From the IMG/VR virus record IMGVR_UViG_3300037882_001138, positions 1 through 45,262 of that record: a stretch of 45,262 nucleotides of DNA. The stretch is one strand, 5' to 3'. Made by a program: the position numbers and the translations under genes. This DNA comes from a virus. Taxonomy: Duplodnaviria > Caudoviricetes. Under the pieces are notes generated by a model. That model saw only the letters and a program-made list of their open reading frames with translations. It was not told the DNA's origin and ran no database searches. Positions 25,866-36,061 of the stretch are shown piece by piece (the first letter of the stretch is position 1; each line of letters opens with the position of its first letter).

Positions 25866-26312
25866 ATGCACGAGATCGCTGAACTACTAGACAGCAAAAA
25901 GACGGTGACGCGCGAGCACATTCTGGCGCTGCAAGAGGCGTGCTTCAAAAACCCTGCTGCGCACCCACCCGTGCGCCACTTCTTTTCCAACGGTGTCTAC
26001 GGGCGTGAACTGTTTATCCCCAAGGGCATGTGCGCCGTTGGCAAGATTCACAAGCACGACCAGATCACGGTGGTAGTGGGGGACATCACCATCGTCACCC
26101 CCGGCGCAACACCGCGCCGCATCACCGGCTACGAAACCTTCAGCGCACCCGCGGGCATCAAGCGCGCGGTGCGCGCGCACGATGACACTTTTGTAACAAC
26201 TTTCCACTCGAACCCCACCGACACCCAAGACCAGGACGAGCTGGAAGCCTGGCTCATCGCGCCTAGTTTTGAGGCACTGGACAGCGTGCAAACACCGGAG
26301 GCTTTGACATGA
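25866..26312 (+). CDS. Cupin-fold protein
   Basis: HFFSNGVYGRELFIPKG....GKIHKH...G.KRA..AH.DT...TFH. Confidence 0.75.
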   Translation: MHEIAELLDSKKTVTREHILALQEACFKNPAAHPPVRHFFSNGVYGRELFIPKGMCAVGKIHKHDQITVVVGDITIVTPGATPRRITGYETFSAPAGIKRAVRAHDDTFVTTFHSNPTDTQDQDELEAWLIAPSFEALDSVQTPEALT

Positions 26313-26785
26313 GCTACTTCATGGTCGGCGCCATGGTGGCAACGGCGCTGTATACCGTTCACACGACAAACGAACAGGCCAGCGCGAACCAAAAGATCGC
26401 CAACAACAACGCGACGATGGCCGACTACGCCGCCAAGGACGCACAAGTCCGAGGCGAGGAGGAGGTTATCAACGTCCAGCGCCGAGCCGCTGCGCTCAGG
26501 AGTTCGCAACGGGTAAGCGCCGCAGCTAAAGGGCTCGACTTGTCGTACGGCACAACCGCCGACCTGCAAGACCAGACAGACTTCTTTGCACAGGCGGACA
26601 TGGCCACCGCGCGCACTAACGCCGGGCGGGAGGCGTGGCGCTACCGCGCGCAAGCGCAGGATTCCCGTACGCAGGGTTCGCTGGCCAAGTCCAACGCAGA
26701 CATGCAGAACGTAGGCACCATACTCGGTGCCACGGGGCAAGTGGCGGGCAAATGGAAAAGCCCCTCCGCAAAAGCGACAGCCTAA
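26309..26785 (+). CDS. Internal virion (ejection) protein, gp14-like
   Basis: Ala/Gln-rich helical protein with QR..AAA.G.D...G motif; position in the ejectosome cluster. Confidence 0.75.
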   Translation: MSYFMVGAMVATALYTVHTTNEQASANQKIANNNATMADYAAKDAQVRGEEEVINVQRRAAALRSSQRVSAAAKGLDLSYGTTADLQDQTDFFAQADMATARTNAGREAWRYRAQAQDSRTQGSLAKSNADMQNVGTILGATGQVAGKWKSPSAKATA

Positions 26786-26788
26786 GCT

Positions 26789-28501
26789 ATGCCAACCGTA
26801 CCTACATACAACGGCCCGCAACTCAAGACGCAGGCCCTGCAACCTAGCTATCAGAGCAACGTCGATGTGAGCAGTGGCGCGCGCGCAGTGGCGCAAGGCC
26901 TCGGCCAACTGGCCGAGGGTTTTGACCGCAAGGCCGAGCGCGAAGCGGAAGTCGCAGCCAACAAAACCGACACAGACATCGCCGCAGGCTGGCTGAAGTG
27001 GGACGCGGAGAACCGCAAGAAGTACCAGGGCGAGAACGTCGGTGGTTACGCGCCCGCCGCGCAGGAGTGGTGGGCTAAGGCCGCCCAAGAGCATGGCGAG
27101 AACCTAGACCCGCGTGCGCGTGAGAAGGTCACGCAGGCACTGGCGCGCCGCCAAGCGGTTGCCATGGGTTCCGTCGCCCAGTACACCGAGACCACAAAAG
27201 AATCTCACGCCGACGAGGTGGCCGCTGCCTCGATCAGCACCACCATCCAGTTCGGCGTGTCTACCGGCGACGTGGTGGGCGCTGCTGACCGCGTGCGTAC
27301 GTTGGCCTCCGAAGTAGGCGCCCGCAAGGGCTGGAAGACTGAGCAGGTACAGGCCGAGGTAAACAAGAACCTCTCTGCACTGCACTTGGCGCAGATCAGC
27401 AAGCTGGCCGAGAGCAACCCGCAAAAAGCGCAGGAATACTACGACGCGAACAAGGCCGAGGTGGGCTTCACCCAGCAGCCCCGTGTGGAGGAGATTCTGC
27501 GCAAGGAAGTGGACAACCAGTTCGCCACAACCTTCGCCGCCCAGCAAGCAGGCAAAACCCTGAGCGAACAGCTATCTGCCGCCGGCGAGATCAAAGACCC
27601 GAACCGACGCGAGAAGGCGCTGCAGGAAGTAAAGAACAACCACGCCATGGTGGAGCAAGCCAAGCGCGAACGCGAGCAGGCTGTAAGCGATCAGGCGTGG
27701 CAACTCGTCGGTCAAGGCAAGCGCGTGCCAGAGTCTGTACTAGCCAGCATGGACGGCAAAGAGCGCGTCCAGCTGCAGGAGCACCTGCGCGCACGGGCTG
27801 AACGCATTACCAAGGGCACCCCAATCAAGACCGACATGGCGACCTACATCGATGTGCGCGAGCGCCTGGCCGCTGGCGAGAACGTCAACTTGAAGGCACT
27901 GACTGAGAAGATCGCACCCGCCCAAATGGAGCAACTGCTCGACATTAAGAGTGCCGTCGGCAAGGCCGGCAGCAAGCAAGACGGCATGCTCACCGACGAG
28001 CAGCGCATCAACACCGCGCTCACAGGCATGGGCATCGACAAGAAAAAAGACCCCAACGCCGCCGGCCAGTTCAGCGTGGAAGTGGACCGCCGCGTGCGCG
28101 CTGCGTCTGCTGCCAAGGGCGACAAGCCCCTGACTCCAGACGAGAAGCAGAAGATCGTAGACGACGTTTCACTGGACAAGGTGTTCGTGGACGGTTGGTG
28201 GAGCGACACGCAAAAACCCCTGTACTCCCTCAAGCCCGAGGAGATGGGCAAGGCCTACGTCACCGTGGGTGGCAAGAACGTACCGCTATCCACGGTGCCC
28301 TTGGCTGACCGTGCCGAGATCACCCGTGCACGTCGGGCGCGCGGCCTGCCTACCACAGAGCAGGCGATTGTCGAGACCTACATGCGCGCTAACCCAACGG
28401 CGAAGCCACCCAAACCGATTGGGCCGCCTTCCATCTACGCCTCCCCAGAGGAGTGGGACGCATACCGCAAACAGCAAGCAACCGATAAAAAGGCGCCATA
28501 A
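26789..28501 (+). CDS. Internal virion (ejection) protein, gp15-like position
   Basis: MPTVPTY start, long helical protein between the gp14-like gene and the giant protein. Confidence 0.75.
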   Translation: MPTVPTYNGPQLKTQALQPSYQSNVDVSSGARAVAQGLGQLAEGFDRKAEREAEVAANKTDTDIAAGWLKWDAENRKKYQGENVGGYAPAAQEWWAKAAQEHGENLDPRAREKVTQALARRQAVAMGSVAQYTETTKESHADEVAAASISTTIQFGVSTGDVVGAADRVRTLASEVGARKGWKTEQVQAEVNKNLSALHLAQISKLAESNPQKAQEYYDANKAEVGFTQQPRVEEILRKEVDNQFATTFAAQQAGKTLSEQLSAAGEIKDPNRREKALQEVKNNHAMVEQAKREREQAVSDQAWQLVGQGKRVPESVLASMDGKERVQLQEHLRARAERITKGTPIKTDMATYIDVRERLAAGENVNLKALTEKIAPAQMEQLLDIKSAVGKAGSKQDGMLTDEQRINTALTGMGIDKKKDPNAAGQFSVEVDRRVRAASAAKGDKPLTPDEKQKIVDDVSLDKVFVDGWWSDTQKPLYSLKPEEMGKAYVTVGGKNVPLSTVPLADRAEITRARRARGLPTTEQAIVETYMRANPTAKPPKPIGPPSIYASPEEWDAYRKQQATDKKAP

Positions 28502-28503
28502 CA

Positions 28504-31500
28504 ATGGACGGAAAATACGACGCTTTCCTAGACGAGGAAAAAGCCAGCGGCGCTGCAAGCACGAGCGACAAGTATGGCGCGGTTCTTGACGAGGAGGTGC
28601 AGCAAACCCAAGCACGCGCCCGTATGGTTTTTGAGAAGGCGCTTGCCGTCAACCCGGACCAAGCTGCCGAGTCCAAGAAACTCACCAACACCACGGGGCT
28701 ACCCCCGGACGTGGTGGAACGCAACCTGGACGAAGTGAAGCGTAAAGAGCGCGCCCGCATGTTGGATCTTGCGCGCATGGTGCAGGACTCCCCCATCCTA
28801 GCGCGCCAGCTCATGGACCCATCGTTCACTAAGCAAGCGCACGACGATCTGGACAATCTGCAAGGCATTGGGCGCACGTTTCTTGGCACCGTTGGGGATG
28901 TTGGTGTCACTGCGCTGAAAGGGGCAGTCGGACTACCACAGGCTGTTGTCGGAATCTTGGACTTACCGACCGGTGGACTGGTAGGTAAGGGGTACCAAGA
29001 ACTGGGCCTAGACTTCAAGCGCACTCAAAACATACTCGACGGCCTGTACTCCCCAGCCCAGCAGCTGGCGAACAAGAACGTATCCGAAGCGGACGGGTTT
29101 CTTAACACCTTGGCCGCGATGGCTGCGAACCCCAGCACGATTCTGACTACGGTAGGGGAGTCCCTACCTCAGATGCTAGGGGGCGCAGCGATTGCTCGCG
29201 GGGTGCTAGGCATTGGTGCGAGAACCTTGGCCGCGGGCGCAGTCGGCCCACAACTTCCAGGCCTACTGGTGCGCCAGTTTGGCGAGAAGACGGCAACCGT
29301 ACTGGCGGGCGCATTTGGTGAAGGCTCTATGGCAGCTGGTGCCGCAGCAGAGAACATGCGCGCAGACAACACCGACGGCTTGCTTGAAGTTAAGCAGACT
29401 ATCGCGTCGCTGGGCTTAGGTGCAGGCACTGCACTGTTCGGTTTCGCTGGTGGTAAGGTCGCGCAAAAGTTTGGCCTCGCAGACATTGACACTGTTCTGG
29501 CTAGCAAGGGGCTTGCACCCGAGGCCGCAGACCAAGCCAAGCGGGGGTTTATCTCATCCATCCTAAAGTCGGGAATCTCCGAAGGATTGTTCGAGGAGCT
29601 GCCCCAGTCCGTGCAAGAACAAATGTGGCAGAACTGGGCCACCGACAGACCGCTGGGCGAAGGCGTTGGCAAGGTCGCCGCGCAGGGGGCAGTCGCAGGC
29701 TTCGCCATGGGCGGGGGCTTCCAAGCCATCAACCGTGCACGCGAACGCATGGCTGCGGTTGACCAAGCAGGGCAGTCCGCCGAGATGCTGAAGCAGCAGC
29801 TCGATCTGGCTACCCAGTCCAAGCTGCGCGAGCGTAACCCCGAGGAGTTCCGCGCACTGGTGGGCAAGATGTCCGCCGATGCCGAGGTCTTTATCGACGC
29901 GGGCGTACTGAACCAGTTGGCCCCCGAGTTGCTGGCGCAGATGCCCCAGTCGGTGCGCGACCAACTGGCGAACCAAGTCACGCAGGATACGGCTATCGCT
30001 GTGCCAGTGGCCGACGTGCTGACAGTAGCGCCGGGCACCCCATTGGCGCAGTTCTTTACCGAGAACGCGCGCATGGACGGCCCAGGCTCCATGAGCCAAG
30101 CGGAGGCCAAAGACGCAGGAGCCAAGGCGCAGGAATACCTCGCGCAAGAATCGGCGCGCGTGATCCAGCAGGCCACCGACCAGCAGGCCATGCAAGCGTC
30201 GAGTGATCGCGTGAAGCAGACCATGCTCGACCAACTCAACACCGTCGGGCGTTTCCGCAACGACGTGAACGAGGCCTACGCCACTTGGACCGCAGCCTTC
30301 TACACCACGATGGGCGGGCGCTTGGGGCTTACCCCCGAGGAGATGCAGGCCAAGTACCCGCTGCGGATAACAGGGCAGGGCGCGCAAGCTGCGCAGGGCG
30401 ATACGTTGATGGCGCAGCGCGAACCCGGCACTTGGTATCACGGCACAAGTTCTGACGTAACGAAGTTCAACCGCATCGAAGGTGGGAATATGTGGGGGCC
30501 AGGCTACTACCTGACCGACAACCCAGACACGGCCAGCGGGTACGCTACCGGCACCGCGGGTAACCGTATCGCCCCAACGGGTAACGCAGGCCCGAACGTC
30601 ATGCCCGTGCGCGTAGCGGACGGTGCGCTGTTCGATATGGCAGCACCCCTTGATGCCAAGACACTAAAGAAAGTAGAGAAAGCCCTCGGCCAGAAACTGA
30701 AGGACTTTACTTGGGCAGGCATGAAAAACCGCGACCTTCGCCAAGTGCTGTTCGAGCAGTTCACCGACCAAGCTGGTGCAAACACGGTACTGCAAAAGGC
30801 CGGGTTCAAGGGGGTTGTAGAAAGCAACCCAACCGCAGGCGCTGGCAAGACCTTGATGGTGTTTGACCCGAAAGATATCAGCAGCGATATCACAGGGGAA
30901 ACCCTCGCCCAAACCCCCACCACCCGACAAACCGACACCTCCGAGTTCAAGGCGTGGTTCGGTGACAGCAAGGTGGTGGACGCTTCGGGTAATCCGCTGG
31001 TGGTTTACCACGGGACACCGGCCACCGACTTGAGCGTTTTCGATGCGAGCCGGATCGGAACCAACGGGCGCTCCGAAGGTGCCGGTTTCTATTTCACGAC
31101 TGACAAAACAACCGCCGCCGGGTACGGGCAGGTAATCGAGGTTTACCTCAGCATCAAGAAGCCGCTGGCGTACAACACCAAACCCTTCGGCCAGCCGCAG
31201 GTGCGCAAGCTCTTGAGCGAAGTGGCGAAGGCCGAGGCGGCGGACACGGGCACCGATTGGCGCGACGGCTTTCTGTCCAACTACGTGGACACCTACGACA
31301 CGACGCTTGATGCAGCGGTTCGTGAAGCAGCCCAATCATTTGCCGACGAGGATACTGCACTGGATCAGGTCAGCAGTATTATCGGTTCAGGCGTAGACGC
31401 GGACACCGTGAACGCGGGGCTAACCAAAGCTCTGGGCTACGACGGTTACTACGCCAAAGGTTTTAGCGGTGAAGGACAAGACGGGGGTGACATCTGGGTG

Positions 31501-34500
31501 TCCATGAAGTCCACCCAGATCAAAAGCGCCACCGACAACAGCGGCGAGTTCAACCCGAACGACCCTAACATCCTGAAGCAAGGCCCCCGCGGCACCTTCA
31601 ACCCCAAGACACTGGAGCTGGCGCTCAACGAGAACGCCGACCTCTCCACGTTCCTGCACGAGACTGGGCACTTTTTCCTAGAGGTGATGGCCGACCTAGC
31701 AGCCCAGCCCGACGCGCCCACCGACATCCAGGCGGACATGGGCAAGCTCATGAGCTGGTTTGGCGTGGCCGACACGGCGACGTGGAACGCCATGACCTTG
31801 GAGCAAAAGCGCCCCTACCATGAGCGCTTTGCCGAGAGCTTCGAGCAGTACCTCATGGAGGGCAAAGCCCCAAGCCTTGAGCTTCAGCCACTGTTCCGCA
31901 AGTTCCGCGCGTGGATGCTGAACGTATACAAATCGCTGAAGGCGTTTATCGACTCGCGCGTGCCGGTGACTTCGGGGGGTTCGTCGGACTTGGCGCAGGC
32001 TGCTGCGTCGGGCTACGAAGGCAGTGACGCGGGCGAGGCCGCTGAATGGCTGGCGGCTAAGGCTAAAGGCCTGGACATGTCCACCGAGGCGCGCATGGTG
32101 CGCGCCAAGGCTATGGGCTTCGATACCGATACCACGCTCTACCACTCAACCCTTGCCGACACCGACGGCTTCCAGCCGACGGGTAATTTCATGGGGCACA
32201 CTGGCGCCAGCGGCATATCGGTTACTGACAGTCCAGAGATGGCCAGCCGCTACCTTGAGCGCTTCGGGGAAACCCGATACGACGGGGTCGCGTTTCAAAA
32301 GAACGTCGTGCCGGTATTCATAAAGCCGGGGAAAGTGCTTGCACGAAACGAGCCGTTTCCAATGCCGCCTGGTTTGCGCCTTGGTGCGCCCTTGCCAGCT
32401 GGGTATGTGCCAGCGCACAAGGCAATGGGTTACGACACATTGGTGCGCGATGATGCGATCAGCCGCAAAGGGCCGGTAAAGCACTCCGACGCAAAGAACG
32501 CGATACGAGGTAAAGAGTACGTACTGACGGACCCGTCCCAAGTGCGCAGCGTCTTTGCCGCATTCGACCCAGACAACGCCGCTAGCGCCAGCCTTCTCGC
32601 TCAAGACCCCAACGCCGCGCCCGGAGCAAACATCCAGCTATCTGACGAAGTGCGCCAGGTGTTCGACCGCATGCTGGCCAGCGAGGAGCAGATCGCGCAA
32701 GCCAACGAGGTGGCGGGGTTGCTGCCTGAGGAGAACGCGGACGCCGAAGCGAACGAGCGCCTGACCGCGCGCAGCCTGCGCGATCTGAAGTGGACGGTGA
32801 ACGCCCGCGCCAAAGAGATCAAGAAACTACAGGCGCAGGCCAAGAGTTTGCGCAAGGACGTGCAGGCCGAGGTGACCGCCGAGGTGGAGGCCATGCCCGA
32901 GTTCCAAGCCAAGGACATGCTGGACAAAACCCGCAAGGAAAACAAAGAACAACTGAACGACACCGAGCTGGCTATCGTGGCCGACGCCTTCAGCTACCCC
33001 GACGTGGACACCATGCTCAAGGCTATCGACGCTGCGGGCAAGAAGGCCGACGTTATCCAGGGCATGACCGACCAGCGCATGCTGGAGCGCCACGGCGACC
33101 TGATCGACCAGCGCGCCATCGAGGAGGCAGCGAACGAGGCAGTGCACAACATGGCCCGCGCCAAGTCGCTGGCCACTGAGCTCAAAGCCCAAGCCGATAT
33201 GTTGAACCCACGCGCAGACACCGGAGCGGTGAACGCCAAGGGCCAAAAGATCACGATCAACGCACTTACCGAAGCGGCCAAGCAGTTCGCTACCAACGTG
33301 GTGGCGAAGACCCCACTGCGCGACCTCAAGAACAAAGCCTGGCAGCACACCGCCGCCGAGCGTCGGGCTGGCAAGCGCTGGCAAGAGGCCACGGCCAAGG
33401 GCCAAACGCGGGAGGCAGTGCAGGCCAAGCAGGACCAGATGTTGAACAACGCCGCCGCCAAGGCAGCGCTGGACGCGCAAGGCGAAATGCGCAAGATTCT
33501 GGACTTCTTTAAGCGCGTCATCAAAGACAACAACGAGAAGGTGGTGGACAAGGGGCGCGATCCCGACGTGGTGAACGCCGCCCGGGCTGTGCTCTCCGCT
33601 TACGGCATGGCCCCCAACGCAGGCAAGACCGCGCTGGAGTACATGGCACTGGTCGAAAAGAACGACCCCGCCATGTACTCCGCCTTGCAGCCCAGCGTGC
33701 AGGGCGCGCTCAACATGGCCCAGCCCTTGGACTCGCTGACCATGGAGGAGCTGCGCGGACTGCACGAGGAGATTCAGGGCATGTGGCACCTGGCCAAGCG
33801 CAGTCGCCAGATGGAAGTGGACGGCAACATGCTGGACATGCAGGACGCCGAGGACGAACTGCAGGCCCGCATGCAGGCTATCGGCGTGCCCGACAAGATG
33901 CCTGGTGACACCGGAGCCGTGACGAAATCCGAGGAGCGCGTGCGCAAACTGCAAGGCGTGCGCGCCCTGCTGCGCCGGGTAGAGCAGTGGGCCGAAGGGA
34001 TGGACGGCAAGTTCGGTGGGCCTTTCCTGAAGCTGGTATTCCAGCCGGTGAAAGACGCAGCCGACCGGTACCGCGCTGACCGCGTGAAGTATCGCAAGGC
34101 ATACCAGGCGCTGGTAGACAACGTGGCACCGGCCATGACCAAGGGCCGCATTGCTGCGCCCGAACTGGGCTACACCTTTGGCGAAGGCCACAACGGCATC
34201 GGCCACGCCGAGCTGCTTCACGCCATCCTGCACACCGGCAACGAGAGCAACAAGCGCAAGCTACTGCTGGGGCGCAAGTGGGCAACCGAGCGCGAGGACG
34301 GCACACTGGACACAACGCGCTGGGATATGTTTATCCAGCGCATGCACACCAACGGCACACTGGCCAAGGTGCACTACGACTTCGCGCAGGGCGTGTGGGA
34401 CTTGCTGGAGCAGACCAAACCCCTAGCGCAAAAGACCCACCGCGACGTGTTCGGGCGCTACTTCGCGGAGATCACTGCGGACAAGTTCTCCACCCCGTTC

Positions 34501-36003
34501 GGTGAGTACGCTGGCGGCTACGTCCCAGCGCAGGCCGATCCGCGCATTGTGCAAGACGCAGACATGCGCGCACTGGCAACGCTGGAAAACGAGAACATGT
34601 CCTACAGCTTCCCCACCACGAACAAAGGGTTCACCAATGCCCGCGTGGAGTACAACCGCCCGTTGATGCTGGACTTGCGCACCATCGGTCAGCACTTAGA
34701 CAAGGTGCTCCTGTTCTCCCACATGGAGCCAGCGGTACGCGACGTGAACAAACTGCTCTCCCGCAAGGGCGTGAGCTACAGCTTGGGCCGCATCGACCCC
34801 GCTGCCTACTCTGGCATGCTGACCCCGTGGCTAAGTCGCAGCGCGCGCCAGATTGTCGAAACCCCAGTGGTGGGCGACGGTGGCATCTCTCGCGTACTTA
34901 GCGCAGCGCGCAACCGTGCGGGCATGGCGTTGATGTTCGCCAACGTGAGCAACACGCTGCAACAGATCACGGGCTTTAGCTTGGCTGCGGTCAAGGTAAA
35001 ACCATCCAGCATGGTGGCTGCCACCGCACAGTTCATTGCCAGCCCCAAGAAGACGGCGCAAGCGGTCAGCGAGGCAAGCCCCTTCATGGCCAACCGCATG
35101 GAGAACGAGATCGCAGCCATCAACGACACGATGGACAAGATTCTCCTAGACCCCAACCTCTACGAAAAGGCGCAAGCGTGGAGCAAAAAGCACGCCTATT
35201 TCTTGCAGACCGCGATGGCCAACACGATGGAGCCGATCATCTGGACGGGGGCCTACAACGACGCGCTGGAGCAGGGGCAGAGCGAGAAGGCTGCCGTGCG
35301 CTTTGCCGACAACGTGATCCGCACCACCCAGGGCAGCACGCTGCCCGAGGATGTGAGCCGCATAGAGACAGGCCCAGCCTACGCGCGGATATTCACGCAG
35401 TTCGTCGGGTACTTCAACATGATGGCCAACACCAACGCCACCGCGCTGAAGCAAATATCTCAAGAGGTAGGTGTCAAGAAAGGCGCAGGCAAGATGCTGG
35501 GCGTCGTGACCTTGGGCCTGCTGATCCCTATCTGGGTGGCCGAGGCCATCGCTATCGCAATGCGCGGCGGCCCAGAGGACGAAGACAAGGACGGCTACTT
35601 AGACGACTGGCTGGCGTCGGTGTTCGGTATGGGTACGATCAAAGGCACCTTCGCTATGGTGCCGTTCATTGGCCAGCTGGCCAACGCCGGTATCAACCGC
35701 TTCAACGGCAACCCAGCCGACGACAAGGTGAGCATGTCGCCAGCCGTCAGTTTGCTGGAGGCTACCGTCGGCGTGCCGGTGGACGTATACAAAGCGGTCA
35801 CCGACCCGGACAAGTTGAACAAACGCAACGCGGTGCGCGACGTGGCCAGCGCTATCAGCATGCTCACGGGCTTACCAGCCGTAGCGTTAGCCCGACCCCT
35901 GGGCTACCTGGCCGGTGTGGAGAGCGGAAAGATAGACCCAACCGGACCAGTTGACGCAGTGCGCGGGGCGATCACAGGAACGCCGAGTCCAGAGAGTAAG
36001 TAG
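28504..36003 (+). CDS. 2499-aa internal virion polyvalent protein (three ART-like domains plus zincin-like metallopeptidase)
   Basis: YHGT..GYYLT, YHGT..GFYFT and YHST..GISVT..KEYV modules; STFLHETGH..HERFAESFE; gp16-like position. Confidence 0.85.
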   Translation: MDGKYDAFLDEEKASGAASTSDKYGAVLDEEVQQTQARARMVFEKALAVNPDQAAESKKLTNTTGLPPDVVERNLDEVKRKERARMLDLARMVQDSPILARQLMDPSFTKQAHDDLDNLQGIGRTFLGTVGDVGVTALKGAVGLPQAVVGILDLPTGGLVGKGYQELGLDFKRTQNILDGLYSPAQQLANKNVSEADGFLNTLAAMAANPSTILTTVGESLPQMLGGAAIARGVLGIGARTLAAGAVGPQLPGLLVRQFGEKTATVLAGAFGEGSMAAGAAAENMRADNTDGLLEVKQTIASLGLGAGTALFGFAGGKVAQKFGLADIDTVLASKGLAPEAADQAKRGFISSILKSGISEGLFEELPQSVQEQMWQNWATDRPLGEGVGKVAAQGAVAGFAMGGGFQAINRARERMAAVDQAGQSAEMLKQQLDLATQSKLRERNPEEFRALVGKMSADAEVFIDAGVLNQLAPELLAQMPQSVRDQLANQVTQDTAIAVPVADVLTVAPGTPLAQFFTENARMDGPGSMSQAEAKDAGAKAQEYLAQESARVIQQATDQQAMQASSDRVKQTMLDQLNTVGRFRNDVNEAYATWTAAFYTTMGGRLGLTPEEMQAKYPLRITGQGAQAAQGDTLMAQREPGTWYHGTSSDVTKFNRIEGGNMWGPGYYLTDNPDTASGYATGTAGNRIAPTGNAGPNVMPVRVADGALFDMAAPLDAKTLKKVEKALGQKLKDFTWAGMKNRDLRQVLFEQFTDQAGANTVLQKAGFKGVVESNPTAGAGKTLMVFDPKDISSDITGETLAQTPTTRQTDTSEFKAWFGDSKVVDASGNPLVVYHGTPATDLSVFDASRIGTNGRSEGAGFYFTTDKTTAAGYGQVIEVYLSIKKPLAYNTKPFGQPQVRKLLSEVAKAEAADTGTDWRDGFLSNYVDTYDTTLDAAVREAAQSFADEDTALDQVSSIIGSGVDADTVNAGLTKALGYDGYYAKGFSGEGQDGGDIWVSMKSTQIKSATDNSGEFNPNDPNILKQGPRGTFNPKTLELALNENADLSTFLHETGHFFLEVMADLAAQPDAPTDIQADMGKLMSWFGVADTATWNAMTLEQKRPYHERFAESFEQYLMEGKAPSLELQPLFRKFRAWMLNVYKSLKAFIDSRVPVTSGGSSDLAQAAASGYEGSDAGEAAEWLAAKAKGLDMSTEARMVRAKAMGFDTDTTLYHSTLADTDGFQPTGNFMGHTGASGISVTDSPEMASRYLERFGETRYDGVAFQKNVVPVFIKPGKVLARNEPFPMPPGLRLGAPLPAGYVPAHKAMGYDTLVRDDAISRKGPVKHSDAKNAIRGKEYVLTDPSQVRSVFAAFDPDNAASASLLAQDPNAAPGANIQLSDEVRQVFDRMLASEEQIAQANEVAGLLPEENADAEANERLTARSLRDLKWTVNARAKEIKKLQAQAKSLRKDVQAEVTAEVEAMPEFQAKDMLDKTRKENKEQLNDTELAIVADAFSYPDVDTMLKAIDAAGKKADVIQGMTDQRMLERHGDLIDQRAIEEAANEAVHNMARAKSLATELKAQADMLNPRADTGAVNAKGQKITINALTEAAKQFATNVVAKTPLRDLKNKAWQHTAAERRAGKRWQEATAKGQTREAVQAKQDQMLNNAAAKAALDAQGEMRKILDFFKRVIKDNNEKVVDKGRDPDVVNAARAVLSAYGMAPNAGKTALEYMALVEKNDPAMYSALQPSVQGALNMAQPLDSLTMEELRGLHEEIQGMWHLAKRSRQMEVDGNMLDMQDAEDELQARMQAIGVPDKMPGDTGAVTKSEERVRKLQGVRALLRRVEQWAEGMDGKFGGPFLKLVFQPVKDAADRYRADRVKYRKAYQALVDNVAPAMTKGRIAAPELGYTFGEGHNGIGHAELLHAILHTGNESNKRKLLLGRKWATEREDGTLDTTRWDMFIQRMHTNGTLAKVHYDFAQGVWDLLEQTKPLAQKTHRDVFGRYFAEITADKFSTPFGEYAGGYVPAQADPRIVQDADMRALATLENENMSYSFPTTNKGFTNARVEYNRPLMLDLRTIGQHLDKVLLFSHMEPAVRDVNKLLSRKGVSYSLGRIDPAAYSGMLTPWLSRSARQIVETPVVGDGGISRVLSAARNRAGMALMFANVSNTLQQITGFSLAAVKVKPSSMVAATAQFIASPKKTAQAVSEASPFMANRMENEIAAINDTMDKILLDPNLYEKAQAWSKKHAYFLQTAMANTMEPIIWTGAYNDALEQGQSEKAAVRFADNVIRTTQGSTLPEDVSRIETGPAYARIFTQFVGYFNMMANTNATALKQISQEVGVKKGAGKMLGVVTLGLLIPIWVAEAIAIAMRGGPEDEDKDGYLDDWLASVFGMGTIKGTFAMVPFIGQLANAGINRFNGNPADDKVSMSPAVSLLEATVGVPVDVYKAVTDPDKLNKRNAVRDVASAISMLTGLPAVALARPLGYLAGVESGKIDPTGPVDAVRGAITGTPSPESK

Positions 36004-36036
36004 CGTATCCGTGTCGGGGCTCCTGCCCTCTACCAT
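36004..36036 (+). promoter_or_regulatory. Late promoter 5 (tail fibre)
   Basis: CGTATCCGTG-N17-TACCAT. Confidence 0.8.
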
Positions 36037-36061
36037 GAGGTAATTCGCAGGAGTTCCGTGC

